Below are positions 17,665 to 28,212 of a stretch of DNA of 64,000 nt, piece by piece; position 1 is the first letter of the stretch; every line of letters starts with the position of its first letter. Source of the stretch: an uncultured delta proteobacterium (GTDB taxonomy: Bacteria > Myxococcota > B64-G9); contig CAVWHX010000011.1 of assembly GCA_963754925.1 (NCBI GenBank), positions 96,001 through 160,000 on the forward strand, written 5' to 3'. The position numbers were made by a program, and so were the translations under genes. Below the pieces are notes generated by a model. That model was given only the letters and a program-made list of their open reading frames with translations, was not told where the DNA came from and made no database searches.

Positions 17665-19902
17665 TCACCCAAAACCCCATTGCCTTCTTAGCCACCACTC
17701 AGTCGCAAACAAAAGACACAAGCCGCACACTATCCACCAGTACGAAATCAATGGCCGAGTTGTGGCAGCGTCGACCCGGTACCGCTTATGATCATGGATC
17801 GTTATTTGGGAGAGCTGCCCCTGCTCCACGCTGCGTGCCACTCCATTGGTGGCTTGCGCGAGACGATTCAGCAACTCGGGACGGGGCGCTGGATGAGCAA
17901 GCTCTGTGCCGAGCGCGTCGACCACAAAGGCTTCCTCGATCTGGTTGGCTATCTGGGCGCCGTCATTCAATTCCAACCGAGCGGCAAAAACGCCCGGCCC
18001 GGGGGGCGTCCACTGCACTTCCGCCCGACCATGTTCGTCCAAGGTTACTTTCTGCCGCTCAACTATTTTATTTTGGTTTGCATCGAGGAACACCACATTG
18101 GCTTGGGGTACGAGCGCTGCGCCCTGAACCCTGACGGAGAGCTTTACCGGTTCACCCGGTTGATACCGCACGGCAGAGGCCTGTAGCAATAGCGGCTCCA
18201 GAGCCGGATCGCGGCTGAGCCAGCGCAGTAGGTTGTTCCAAAAACGGTGGTAGGGCCTGGGGCTGCCCCCCTGTCCAACATATCCCATTTTCCACAACCA
18301 ACTCGCATCGGTGAGCACGGCTGCGCTCCGCCCGCGCCCAACCTCTCGAAGCGCAACGATCGGCGCATTCTCAGTGCCGCTTCGCTCAAACGGATGTTGC
18401 AATAAGGCAATCGCCCCCGGAGCGAGTCCCTCAACGTGGTTATACGACGGCAGCGGCGGGAGATGATCCCAACTATCCGCTTCACCCAGATCCATAACCG
18501 GATGCAACAGCCCATGCGTCGTCGGCTTTGGCAGAAATTCCTGCACCCGGAGATCGTCGCCGGCATGAAGCCGCACCGGGAGCACATCCTCGATCGGTGA
18601 AGCCGCATAGCCTCCGGCGCCAAACGACAGATCGCCGCCAATCATCAAAAAGCCGCCGCCGCGCCGGACATACTCGGCTAGTTCACCCAAATAGTAACCT
18701 ACTTGGTACGGAGCATAGTTGAAGTTTTGAAAGATGACGACATCAAACGTGTCGAGCTCCGAGCTGAAAAGCTTTTCCACGGGAAAGGGTATGAGGCTCA
18801 GCTCATCTTGAGAAACATCGGTGGTATTCGAGAGCGTACGTAAGATAAAGAAACTAACCAAATCAACGTTTGGATTCCGTTTAAGCACTTCGCGAAAGAA
18901 GCGTTCGTCCCATGAAGGCCTGCCGACCACATGCAGGACCCGCAGCTTGTCTCGAATTACCCGGGCGACAAAGGATAAGACATTATTTTGAGTAATCTGT
19001 TCGCCCGGGATCACCGGTACCGTCACCCGGTAGGCAGCCTTGCCGACGCGATCGGGCACAAAACGTAACGTTGTTGTCGCAGCGCCCCCGGGGGGAACCG
19101 TGACGACTGCGCTTGCGAGGTTGCGACCGGCTCCTTCTAACACGACCGGGACCGAGAGTTCCGGAAGACCTATCGAACGTACCTCGACCTCTACCTCGAT
19201 GGCGTTGCGAATGAAGGCAAAATCGTCAATCCGGGCCCGCGTAATGGCCAAATCCTTGAAAACCCCGGTAGCGCCCACCGAAAAGGTATTTATCGGCGCG
19301 TGTAAAGCAGCCAGTGCGTCGGCGGCGGTCGGCGGCCATTGCTCCCCCAAAAAATGCTCGGTATCCGAGCCATCGCTTATCACTACCACACTGGCCAAAC
19401 CCGGCTGGTCGTTCGATTCCGATGCGCCGAGCTCCATGAACGCATTAAGCAGGTCGGTACGGGCACCGGTCGGCGTCTGACCAAGTTCATCTTGGCTTAC
19501 GGGCTTGAGGGTCTCGGCAAATCGGTAGAATTCTATTTGATATCGTTCCGCAAGTCGATCCAGCTCGACACGCTGATTCGATAAAAAGCGCTGTACTTGG
19601 CCAATGCGACTATCGTCTAAGCCGGGTAGCGTCATGCTTGCCGAGGCATCCACCAACAGAGCCACACGGTCTTGGATTGGCATCAATTTACGGTCCTGTA
19701 ACGCCGGTCCCAGACACAGAAAAAAGAAAAACGCGAGGGCCAACCCGCGCAGTAAAAGCAAAACAAACCGTCGGTACGATGAGGTGGTTCCTCGAAGTCC
19801 CCGTAGGCCTAGGTACCACGCCACTCCCACGACGGCGATAGCTCCGCACAGCGGCCAAAGCCCCCGATTGGTCAGCACCAGGATCGTGTCTTGGGCGGTC
19901 AC
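17665..19902 (-). CDS. Membrane protein with vWA-like and class I glutamine-amidotransferase-like domains
   Basis: N-terminal TMs, DASASM and SDG (MIDAS-like), GGGFLMIGG, C-terminal EWWLRRQWG. Confidence 0.8.
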   Translation of the reverse strand: MTAQDTILVLTNRGLWPLCGAIAVVGVAWYLGLRGLRGTTSSYRRFVLLLLRGLALAFFFFLCLGPALQDRKLMPIQDRVALLVDASASMTLPGLDDSRIGQVQRFLSNQRVELDRLAERYQIEFYRFAETLKPVSQDELGQTPTGARTDLLNAFMELGASESNDQPGLASVVVISDGSDTEHFLGEQWPPTAADALAALHAPINTFSVGATGVFKDLAITRARIDDFAFIRNAIEVEVEVRSIGLPELSVPVVLEGAGRNLASAVVTVPPGGAATTTLRFVPDRVGKAAYRVTVPVIPGEQITQNNVLSFVARVIRDKLRVLHVVGRPSWDERFFREVLKRNPNVDLVSFFILRTLSNTTDVSQDELSLIPFPVEKLFSSELDTFDVVIFQNFNYAPYQVGYYLGELAEYVRRGGGFLMIGGDLSFGAGGYAASPIEDVLPVRLHAGDDLRVQEFLPKPTTHGLLHPVMDLGEADSWDHLPPLPSYNHVEGLAPGAIALLQHPFERSGTENAPIVALREVGRGRSAAVLTDASWLWKMGYVGQGGSPRPYHRFWNNLLRWLSRDPALEPLLLQASAVRYQPGEPVKLSVRVQGAALVPQANVVFLDANQNKIVERQKVTLDEHGRAEVQWTPPGPGVFAARLELNDGAQIANQIEEAFVVDALGTELAHPAPRPELLNRLAQATNGVARSVEQGQLSQITIHDHKRYRVDAATTRPLISYWWIVCGLCLLFATEWWLRRQWGFG

Positions 19903-19904
19903 CG

Positions 19905-20651
19905 CTACAGTCTCCGGCGCTTAAGGATAAACGGCAGGTGAACGCGGTCGTTTTTGTAGTCCAAACACAGCGCATACATAACCACGTTGATGCCAAGTCA
20001 AAACGAAAGCTCGCGTTGGGGTTCACCCCCGGGCTCGCACAGAACCTCCCAATTACCAAACAAATCCCGGCTGGTGGCGCCTAACAGATCATTTCCGCTG
20101 TAGAGCACGACCAGCCGATCGTCAAGAGAAATACCCTCGTAACGCTTCTTGGCAAGCTTTCGGCCGGCGACCTGATCCAGTAAAAAAAAGGTTTTAAACA
20201 AGACATGCTCAAACGGTAGCGCCGTAAGCGGCCGATCAGGAAACATCTTCGTCAGCAGGTCGCGGATACTGAGGTCAAAGGGAGCGCCGGGTTGCGCCGC
20301 CGGATCATCAACAAAGAGGAAACCTCCCACCGTTAAAAAGTTCCGCAGCCGAGCGATGGCTGCGGCCGAGAGCGGTGCAATTGGTCCGGTGCACGACCAT
20401 AACAAAAACGGCGTCCGAAACATACTCGCAGCGGAGGGAGCAACCGCGACCGACTCGAGTTCAGCCTGGATGCTCGTTCGTTTCATCACCTCCCACAGAA
20501 GCTGGCGCAAACCATGCGCCCGGGGAAAAGCGTTATCCGCACACGGCAGGCGTCCTATCACCAACGTACCGCTGGGCGATACCCCTGCCCAAGCTGTTGC
20601 AACCACCAAAACCAGGGCAAGGAAAAAACCAAAAGCTTGTCGAGACATCAT
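19905..20651 (-). pseudogene. DUF4159 protein with an internal in-frame TGA
   Basis: LRNFLTVGGFLFVDD, HVLFKTFFLL; after TGA (19998-20000) the same frame continues LGINVVMYALCLDYKNDRVHLPFILKRRRL*. Confidence 0.75.
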
Positions 20652-20845
20652 CGTTAGTCCAGGTTTCACGCAAGGCTGCGGCCGTACTCCAAAATATTCA
20701 AAATCAGCAAACGGCTCCGCGCAGCGCATGCCGGTTTTGCTTCGTAATGGTATAGCATGTTATTTGAGAAAATCTACTCTTCGCTCAAGACGGGCAATTC
20801 TATTGCGGTCTCGTCGCAGGCGCTCTAAAAACCAGGCAGCGATTC

Positions 20846-21442
20846 TTAGCCTTTCTTAAACCAAGCGTCTTCTATGGGTGGACTGCCATGGGTTGCCGGG
20901 GGAGTTTGGAAAACAGTTCCGTTGTTCGTTGAATTTTTCCACTTCGAGACCGGCGAGTCCGACTCCAGAGACGCCGGAAGCGCTGCATCAAGCCGGGGAA
21001 TGGATATCGGTTGGCTTTTTGGTTGTATCAACGGGATCGGTTGTTCGTCATTATCGGGAATAATCGAATCGCTCGTCAGGTTCTCAAGCGGCTGGTCAAT
21101 CGCCGGGTCAGTTGCCGGTACCACTGCTGCATCAAGCTGCGGGTGCGACGCGAGGTACGCATGCGCAGCTTGGCGGAGCATTGCTCCAACGGTCATTCCC
21201 GCTTGCAGCGCTCCTTGCTCGATACGGTTAAAATCATCGGGAAGAAGTTTCACCCGAATTTCCTGCACCTCGGATATGGTCTTTTGCAGGTACTCGAGGG
21301 CGCTGCCTGCTGCGCCGATTCTATAATCCCCGGTTTCAATCATCCGGCGGATCCGGTCGACCAGCTCCAACTTGCCAATCCACTCTCCCTCGCATAAGAC
21401 TTTCTCTTGATCAATGTCCACTTCAAACGGAGCCATTTCCAC
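20846..21442 (-). CDS. Hypothetical protein with possible ribbon-helix-helix segment and disordered tail
   Basis: GGAGG RBS before GTG; IRVKLLPDDFNRIE...VGAMLRQAAHAYL. Confidence 0.6.
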   Translation of the reverse strand: MEMAPFEVDIDQEKVLCEGEWIGKLELVDRIRRMIETGDYRIGAAGSALEYLQKTISEVQEIRVKLLPDDFNRIEQGALQAGMTVGAMLRQAAHAYLASHPQLDAAVVPATDPAIDQPLENLTSDSIIPDNDEQPIPLIQPKSQPISIPRLDAALPASLESDSPVSKWKNSTNNGTVFQTPPATHGSPPIEDAWFKKG

Positions 21443-21483
21443 CTCCCGACCTTACAAAAAAATACCGCACGTTCCGCTTCTAC

Positions 21484-21828
21484 CTAATCACCTGGTTGAT
21501 CAAGCTGTTTTAGAAGCGCTGCGAGATCGTTCTGTTCTCTTTCTGAAAGGTTAATAAAACAAATCGCCAATCCCCGCGGCTCAGTATCTCTTATTCGCAC
21601 TACCACACCTTCTGTTCGAATTGGCCGCGACCCTTTAGCCGGATCCGTTATCTCCAATTTCAATTTAGTGCCGATGGGAAGGCGCCGCTGAGTCTGTAAT
21701 AACATACCGCCGAGGCTAAGGTTTTCGGTATTGGCCTGAAATTTAAAATTCGTATACTCAATCCGAACCAACACCGTTACATTAGATCGCGGGTGCTGCC
21801 GGCGTTCGTTTGGCCCAAAAACCATCAC
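21484..21828 (-). CDS. Stand-alone PilZ-domain protein
   Basis: RQHPR (RxxxR) and NLSLGG motifs. Confidence 0.88.
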   Translation of the reverse strand: MMVFGPNERRQHPRSNVTVLVRIEYTNFKFQANTENLSLGGMLLQTQRRLPIGTKLKLEITDPAKGSRPIRTEGVVVRIRDTEPRGLAICFINLSEREQNDLAALLKQLDQPGD

Positions 21829-22180
21829 GTTCGGATAATACCATACAATAATTCAAAATTTCAAGTTCGGATCCCTGATCTTTAACCGGTGTATCCTACT
21901 TTTTTGCAACTCGTCTATAACCCCTTAAAAACCCATCGTTATTATATTGCAATTAGGTAATATATTTCCGTTGACATTAGAACACAGAGAGCTTTAATTA
22001 AGGATATACATTTGTGCACCGTGTCAGCTTTATTTTGAACATATTGTCATGATAATTAAAGAGGTAACTTGTTGATTATTATGCATATACCGAGAATTAT
22101 TACCATCATCAGAATATTCCCATTGATCTTAAGCTTGGGGGAATGCCACGTTCATTTTTTCCATAAGGAGGAGGTGTTTC

Positions 22181-23806
22181 ATGAGTAAAAACAAACTGTT
22201 GTTCCTTGGACTCATTGCGGTGATGCTAGCATCGTGTGGAGGTAGCGACGGAACATCTACATTAAATTCCGCGCTCAGCGTAACGTTAACTGAGATTCCG
22301 TACGCTGCGGGTTCGCACCACAATCCCTACGACGCGGTCCCGACGACGAACATCATCAATGGCCAGCTCGTGCCTCAGGCCCCGGTCATCGACCTCGGCG
22401 CCCTCGGTTACGTGGAGCGCGAGTTCCAGATGTCTGGCGGGGCGACAGTCTACAAGCAGAACGGAATGTGGGGCTCCAATGGGCGCTGGAGCGTGGCGGT
22501 GTCGAAGACCAACGTGCCGTACACCACCCGGCTGCTCGTCCGCTACCCGACCAACCCGGCCAAGTTCAACGGCACGGTGGTGGTCGACTGGTCGAACGTT
22601 ATCACCGGCGGCGACCAGGACCCGCTCTGGGCCAACATCTACGAGGAGGTCTTCCGCGACGGCTACGCCTACGCCTTGGTGACGGCGCAGGCGGCGGGCA
22701 TAAGCGAGATTAAGACCTGGGACCCGGTGCGCTATAGTCAACTTTCGATCAGCACGGACGGACAATCCTACGACATCTTCTCCCAGGCGGCCCAGGTGAT
22801 CCGGAACCAGAGCGCCACGCTGCTCGGCGGCTTAACGCCCCAGCGGCTCATCGGTACCGGAGACTCCCTGTCGGCGATTCGCTTGACCACCTACATAAAC
22901 GCCGTCCAGCCGGTCTCGAAGGCTTATGACGGCTTCTTCCTCGTCGGCCGGGCCGGCCCCTCGGCCCCCATCGGCGACGGCCTCATCTCCTTGAACCCGC
23001 TGCAGGTGAACATCCGGACCGACAACACGGCCAAGATGATCCAGCTCGAGGCTGAGGGGGATTTCGTCGACCTCGATGCCGCCCTCGCCCGCCAGGCGGA
23101 CAACAACTATCTGCGGACCTGGGAGCTGGCCGGCGCCGCCCACATCGACGACCACGAGGCCACCTACGAGATTGCGACCATCGCGCGCGACCAGCCCAAC
23201 ATTCCGGTTCCGAAGTGCGCCTTCGGCACGCCGATCACCGGCACCGGTACGGCTCTCGACGGCATCAACGCGGTCAACAACATGCCGCTCCACGCCGTGG
23301 AGAAGGCAGCCCTCAACTGGCTGCAGCGGTGGATGACCGACGGCGCGCAGCCGCCGCACTACCCGTACATCTCGACCACTAACTTCTTCAACCTGCTCTT
23401 CATCGTGCAGCGCGACCAGTACGGCAACGCGCTCGGCGGCATCCGTCTGCCCGACATCACGGTGCCGATCGAGTCCTACCAACCGGTCAATATCGACATC
23501 GCCGACCTGAGCTCGTACACCACCAACCCGCTGTCGCTCTTCACGATGCTCCAGAGCCTCATGACGCTGCTACAGACCAGCGGCATCAACAACACCACCG
23601 CGCGCTCGGAGGGGCTCTGCCTGCTCTCGGGCTTCTTCCTGGTGCTCCCGAGCTCGACCCTTCAGTCGCTCTACCCCACGGCACAGAGCTACGTGTCCAA
23701 GTACACCGCCGCGGCCGACGCAGCCGTGACGGCCGGCTACTTGCTGCCACCTGAACGGGACGTCCTGGTTTCTAATGCGACTCAGGTAGCGCAGACGCTT
23801 CCGTAG
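22181..23806 (+). CDS. Alpha/beta-hydrolase-domain lipoprotein, paralog 1
   Basis: LAS-C lipobox; YTTRLLVRYP, FNGTVVVDW, GDSLSA nucleophile elbow, WELAGAAH, GNALGGIRLP. Confidence 0.82.
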   Translation: MSKNKLLFLGLIAVMLASCGGSDGTSTLNSALSVTLTEIPYAAGSHHNPYDAVPTTNIINGQLVPQAPVIDLGALGYVEREFQMSGGATVYKQNGMWGSNGRWSVAVSKTNVPYTTRLLVRYPTNPAKFNGTVVVDWSNVITGGDQDPLWANIYEEVFRDGYAYALVTAQAAGISEIKTWDPVRYSQLSISTDGQSYDIFSQAAQVIRNQSATLLGGLTPQRLIGTGDSLSAIRLTTYINAVQPVSKAYDGFFLVGRAGPSAPIGDGLISLNPLQVNIRTDNTAKMIQLEAEGDFVDLDAALARQADNNYLRTWELAGAAHIDDHEATYEIATIARDQPNIPVPKCAFGTPITGTGTALDGINAVNNMPLHAVEKAALNWLQRWMTDGAQPPHYPYISTTNFFNLLFIVQRDQYGNALGGIRLPDITVPIESYQPVNIDIADLSSYTTNPLSLFTMLQSLMTLLQTSGINNTTARSEGLCLLSGFFLVLPSSTLQSLYPTAQSYVSKYTAAADAAVTAGYLLPPERDVLVSNATQVAQTLP

Positions 23807-24091
23807 AGGGATCGCAGAAGCCACCAACGTCAACGCCCTCCTAATTCCTCAATGAGTACATTGACTAGCTCAAGCTACCGACGGTAGACCCCTGCAAGCA
23901 GTTAAAAATCTCTTACCAACCAACAGAATCGAACGGTCCGGTAATAGAGTAGACGCCATTCCAACTGGACATACAAGCATTTTATATATTATATTCAGTA
24001 TGTTAGATTGAATCTCAGTGTTATGGATTTCGCAATACCTCGCCACCCTAAGCTACCCATTAACTATTTAAAGTAAAATAAAACATTTTCG

Positions 24092-24123
24092 TTGACAATA
24101 GAATATTGAACAGATAGGTTCAA
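24092..24123 (+). promoter_or_regulatory. Promoter with palindromic operator
   Basis: TTGACA-17 bp-TAGGTT overlapped by TTGAAC-N6-GTTCAA; conserved at 26305-26336. Confidence 0.6.
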
Positions 24124-24299
24124 ACTGAAAAATTTCGCAATCTGTTAGCTTAACATGCACCTAATGTAGCATTAAGAGCAAGAGTTAGCTGAGTAATTCT
24201 TATGCCTATGTTACAAATTAGAGCCATGTTACCCGCTTTTTCCTCTGTGTCCAAGCTCGGGGGGTCTTTTACTTTTTTTCATAAGCATGGAGGTGCTCT

Positions 24300-25925
24300 A
24301 TGAGAACGAAACGTTTGCTGTTCATTGGTGTTATTGCGCTCATGATCGCATCCTGTGGAAGTAGCGACGAAACAGGCACTTCGAACGACGCGCTCAGCGC
24401 AACGGTCACTGAGATTCCTCCCGGAAGCGGTCAGCACGGCCATCCCTACGACGCGGTCCCGACGACGAACATCATCAATGGCCAGCTCGTGCCCCAGGCT
24501 CCGGTCATCGACCTCGGCGCCCTCGGCTACGTGGAGCGCGAGTTCCTGATGTCTGGTGTGGCGACAGTCTACAGGCAGAACGGAATGTGGGGCTCCAATG
24601 GGCGCTGGAGCGTTGCGGTGTCGAAGACCAACGTGCCGTACACCACCCGGCTGCTCGTCCGCTACCCGACCAACCCGGCCAAGTTCAACGGCACGGTGGT
24701 GGTCGACTGGTCGAACGTTATCACCGGCGGCGACCAGGACCCGCTCTGGTCCAACATCTACGAGGAGGTCTTCCGCGGCGGCTACGCCTACGCCTTGGTG
24801 ACAGCGCAGGCGGCGGGCATAAGCGAGATTAAGACCTGGGACCCGGTGCGCTATAAGTCGCTCGGCACGAGCGGCGACGGACCGTCCTATGACATCTTCT
24901 CCCAGGCGGCCCAGGTGATCCGGGCCAATAACGCCACGCTGCTCGGCGGCCTAACGCCCCAGCGGTTCATCGGTACCGGAGACTCCCTATCGGCGATTCG
25001 CTTGACCACCTACATAAACGCCGTCCAGCCGGTCTCGAAGGCCTATGACGGCTTCTTCCTCGTCGGCCGGGCCGGCCCCTCGGCCCCCATCGGCGACGGC
25101 CTCATCTCCACAAACCCGCTGCAGGTGAACATCCGAACCGACAACACGGCCAAGATGATCCAGCTCAACGCCGAGGGGGATCTCGTCGACCTCTGGGCCG
25201 CCCTCGCCCGCCAGGCGGACAACAACAACCTGAGGACCTGGGAGCTGGCCGGCGCCGCCCACATCGATGAGCACGAGACCACCTACGAGCTGTCGACCAT
25301 CGCGCGCGACCAGCCCAACATTCCGGTTCCGAAGTGCGCCTTCGGCACGCCGATCACCGGCACCGGTACGGCTCTCGACGGCATCAACGCGGTCAACAAC
25401 ATGCCGCTCCACGCCGTGGAGAAGGCGGCCCTCAACTGGCTGCAGCGGTGGATGACCAACGGCGCGCAGCCGCCGCACTATCCGTACATCTCGACCATCA
25501 ACTTCTTCAACCTGCTCTTCATCGTGCAGCGCGACCAGTACGGCAACGCGCTCGGCGGCATCCGTCTGCCCGACATCACGGTGCCGATCGAGTCCTACTC
25601 GCCTGTCAACATCGACATCGCCGACGCGAGCTCGTACACCACCAATCCGCTGTCGCTCTTCGCGACGCTCCAGGGTATCTTCACGACCTTGCAGACCAGC
25701 GCCATCCCCAACACCACCTTGCGCTCGGAGGGGCTCTGCCTGCTCTCGGGTTTCTACCTGATGCTTCCGAGCTCGACCCTAAAATCGCTCTACCCCACGG
25801 CACAGAGCTACGTGTCCAAGTACACCGCCGCGGCCGACGCAGCCGTGACGGCCGGCTACGTGCTGCCACCTGAACGGGACGTCCTGGTTTCTAATGCGAC
25901 TCAGGTAGCGCAGACGCTTCCGTAG
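24300..25925 (+). CDS. Alpha/beta-hydrolase-domain lipoprotein, paralog 2
   Basis: Near-identical to paralog 1 over long tracts; IAS-C lipobox; GGAGG RBS. Confidence 0.82.
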   Translation: MRTKRLLFIGVIALMIASCGSSDETGTSNDALSATVTEIPPGSGQHGHPYDAVPTTNIINGQLVPQAPVIDLGALGYVEREFLMSGVATVYRQNGMWGSNGRWSVAVSKTNVPYTTRLLVRYPTNPAKFNGTVVVDWSNVITGGDQDPLWSNIYEEVFRGGYAYALVTAQAAGISEIKTWDPVRYKSLGTSGDGPSYDIFSQAAQVIRANNATLLGGLTPQRFIGTGDSLSAIRLTTYINAVQPVSKAYDGFFLVGRAGPSAPIGDGLISTNPLQVNIRTDNTAKMIQLNAEGDLVDLWAALARQADNNNLRTWELAGAAHIDEHETTYELSTIARDQPNIPVPKCAFGTPITGTGTALDGINAVNNMPLHAVEKAALNWLQRWMTNGAQPPHYPYISTINFFNLLFIVQRDQYGNALGGIRLPDITVPIESYSPVNIDIADASSYTTNPLSLFATLQGIFTTLQTSAIPNTTLRSEGLCLLSGFYLMLPSSTLKSLYPTAQSYVSKYTAAADAAVTAGYVLPPERDVLVSNATQVAQTLP

Positions 25926-26304
25926 GTCGTAGCGTCTCGTGCGGCTCCCCGGCCCGGCGCAATCCGCCCGCCAGTCGGGCCCAGAAGCTTCTCAATGCCG
26001 GCTTCTTGCTTCAGCAAGACTACAACGAGGCGATCGCAGAAGCCACCAACGTCCTCGCCCTCCTAACACCTCAATGAGTACCTTGATTAGCTCAAGCCAC
26101 TAACAGCAGACCCCTGCAAGCAGCGAACATCTCTCATCAACCAACAGATAGCCGGTAAGTGAGCAAACGCCATTCCAACCGGACAAACAAGCATTGTATC
26201 TATTATATTCTTTGCTAGCTTGAATCGCAGTGTTATGGATTTCGCAATACCTCGCTGCCCTACGCCACCCTTTAACTATATTTAACCTAAACAAAACATT
26301 TTCA

Positions 26305-26336
26305 TTGACAATAGAATATTGAACACATAGGTTCAA
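26305..26336 (+). promoter_or_regulatory. Promoter with palindromic operator (second copy)
   Basis: TTGACA-17 bp-TAGGTT with TTGAAC-acatag-GTTCAA. Confidence 0.6.
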
Positions 26337-26513
26337 ATTGAAAAATTTCGCAATCTGTTAGTTTAACATGCACCTAATGTAGCGTTCATAGCAAGAGTTA
26401 GCCGAATAATTCCTATGCCTATGTTACGAATTAGAGCCATGTTACCTACGTTATCCTCTGTGTCCAAGCTCGAGGGGGTCTTTTACTTTTTTTCATAAGC
26501 ATGGAGGTGCCTT

Positions 26514-28097
26514 ATGAGGACGAAACGACTGCTGTTCATTGGTGTTATTGCGCTAACGGCCGCATCATGTGGAGGTGACGATTCAACATCTGCTTTGAAC
26601 GCCGCGCTCAGCGTGTCGGTCAAGGAGAATCTGCCCGGCAGCGGCACGTACGGCCATCCGTACAGTGCGGTGCCGACCACGGTCATCTATTCAAACTCGC
26701 AGGGTTCATCCCCGGCGTACAATCTCACGGCTCTCGGCTACGTAGAACGGGAGTTCATTCTCTCGGGTACCGCCAATATCTATAACCAATCGGGAATATG
26801 GGGTATGGATGGCCGATGGAACGTTTCCGTCGCGCAGGCGAACGTGCCGTACACCACGCGCATCATCGTTCGTTATCCGACTAATCCAGCGAAGTTCAAC
26901 GGCACGGTCGTCTTCGAATGGATGAATGAGATAACGTATTCGGAGACTTCACCCGACTGGGCGGATGCCCATGACTTCTTCTTCCGGGAAGGCTACGCCT
27001 ATGTTGGCGTCACCGCCCAGAACCTCCTAGCGGGTCCGCCCTTCCTGAAGTGGTGGGATCCGCTGCGCTACGGCAGCCTCTCGATTAGTAACGACGGGCA
27101 ATCCTACGACATCTTCACGCAGGTAGCCCAAGTCGTTCAGGCCCAATCGGCGACTATTCTGGGTGGACTCACGCCGAAGAAGCTGCTCGCTTGCGGCGAC
27201 TCGGCCTCGGCCATCCGGCTGACCACCTACGTCAACGCGATCCATCCCCGTGCTAAAGTCTACAACGGCTTCTTGCTCCACGGTCGAGCCAGCACCGAGG
27301 CGCCAATCACCACCGGCATTATAAATATTTTCCCGATCACCCAGATTCGCACCGATAACACCACCCCGGTGATCCAATTCGAGGCTGAAGGGGATCTCTC
27401 CCAGCTCTTCTTCGCGTGGGGCAGGCAGCCAGACAACAACTACCTGCGCACCTGGGAGTTGGCGGGCGCGGCGCACATCGATCTCCACGAAGGCATCTAC
27501 GAAGTTACCGTAGCCTATCGGGACCTCAAGTGGGCGCCGCCGGTGTGCATATTTGGCGTGCCCTCGGATTTCGGCGGCGGACTGGCAAACAGCTTGCCCA
27601 ATTATCGGATCGAAGCCGCCGCCTGGGCGGCCCTCAACAAATGGGTTAACGGGGGCGGCCCTGCGCCGTCGGCGCCCCGGATTCAGACGGGGTTTTTTAA
27701 CATCATCTCGTACGACCAGTACGGCAACGCCAAGGGCGGGATCCGTTTACCCGAAATGGATGTGCCGATAAAGACCTACACCGCCTATAACACGACGAAC
27801 GTGAGCACCGTCACCAATATCAATACCAGTAGCCTTTTCAGCATGCTCCTGAGCATCACCAACCCCGTCTGGGTGCTTAATCCTACGACCATGGCTGTGC
27901 GTGCAGTAGGTATTTGCATATTGGAAGGCTTCGACACGCCGTTCAGCACCGCGACTCTGCAGAAATTGTATCCGACACCCGCTTCCTACCTGTCGAAATA
28001 CAAGGCAGCGGCCGATAAATTACTGGCTGCCGGCTTCTTGACCCAGGAAGACTACAACGAAGCAATCGCAGAGTCCCAGGCCAACGCTGTTCCTTGA
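26514..28097 (+). CDS. Alpha/beta-hydrolase-domain lipoprotein, paralog 3 (more diverged)
   Basis: Same motifs (FNGTVVFEW, GDSASA, WELAGAAH, GNAKGGIRLP); signal peptide ending AAS-C. Confidence 0.82.
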   Translation: MRTKRLLFIGVIALTAASCGGDDSTSALNAALSVSVKENLPGSGTYGHPYSAVPTTVIYSNSQGSSPAYNLTALGYVEREFILSGTANIYNQSGIWGMDGRWNVSVAQANVPYTTRIIVRYPTNPAKFNGTVVFEWMNEITYSETSPDWADAHDFFFREGYAYVGVTAQNLLAGPPFLKWWDPLRYGSLSISNDGQSYDIFTQVAQVVQAQSATILGGLTPKKLLACGDSASAIRLTTYVNAIHPRAKVYNGFLLHGRASTEAPITTGIINIFPITQIRTDNTTPVIQFEAEGDLSQLFFAWGRQPDNNYLRTWELAGAAHIDLHEGIYEVTVAYRDLKWAPPVCIFGVPSDFGGGLANSLPNYRIEAAAWAALNKWVNGGGPAPSAPRIQTGFFNIISYDQYGNAKGGIRLPEMDVPIKTYTAYNTTNVSTVTNINTSSLFSMLLSITNPVWVLNPTTMAVRAVGICILEGFDTPFSTATLQKLYPTPASYLSKYKAAADKLLAAGFLTQEDYNEAIAESQANAVP

Positions 28098-28212
28098 CGG
28101 ATCCCTCGCTCGATCACCGCTTTTCGGTGCATACCATTTGGGTTGACGAAATACGGCCCTATAAGAAAGCTACTGCCTATGGATAACGATCCGCACTAGT
28201 CGGGGTGGAATC

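Noticed and set aside
19998..20000. Selenocysteine recoding of the TGA
   Set aside because: No redox-Cys context and no evident SECIS hairpin; a CGA-to-TGA change is simpler
22181..28097. Diversity-generating retroelement explaining the near-identical repeats
   Set aside because: No reverse transcriptase in the window, and the differences are not confined to adenines
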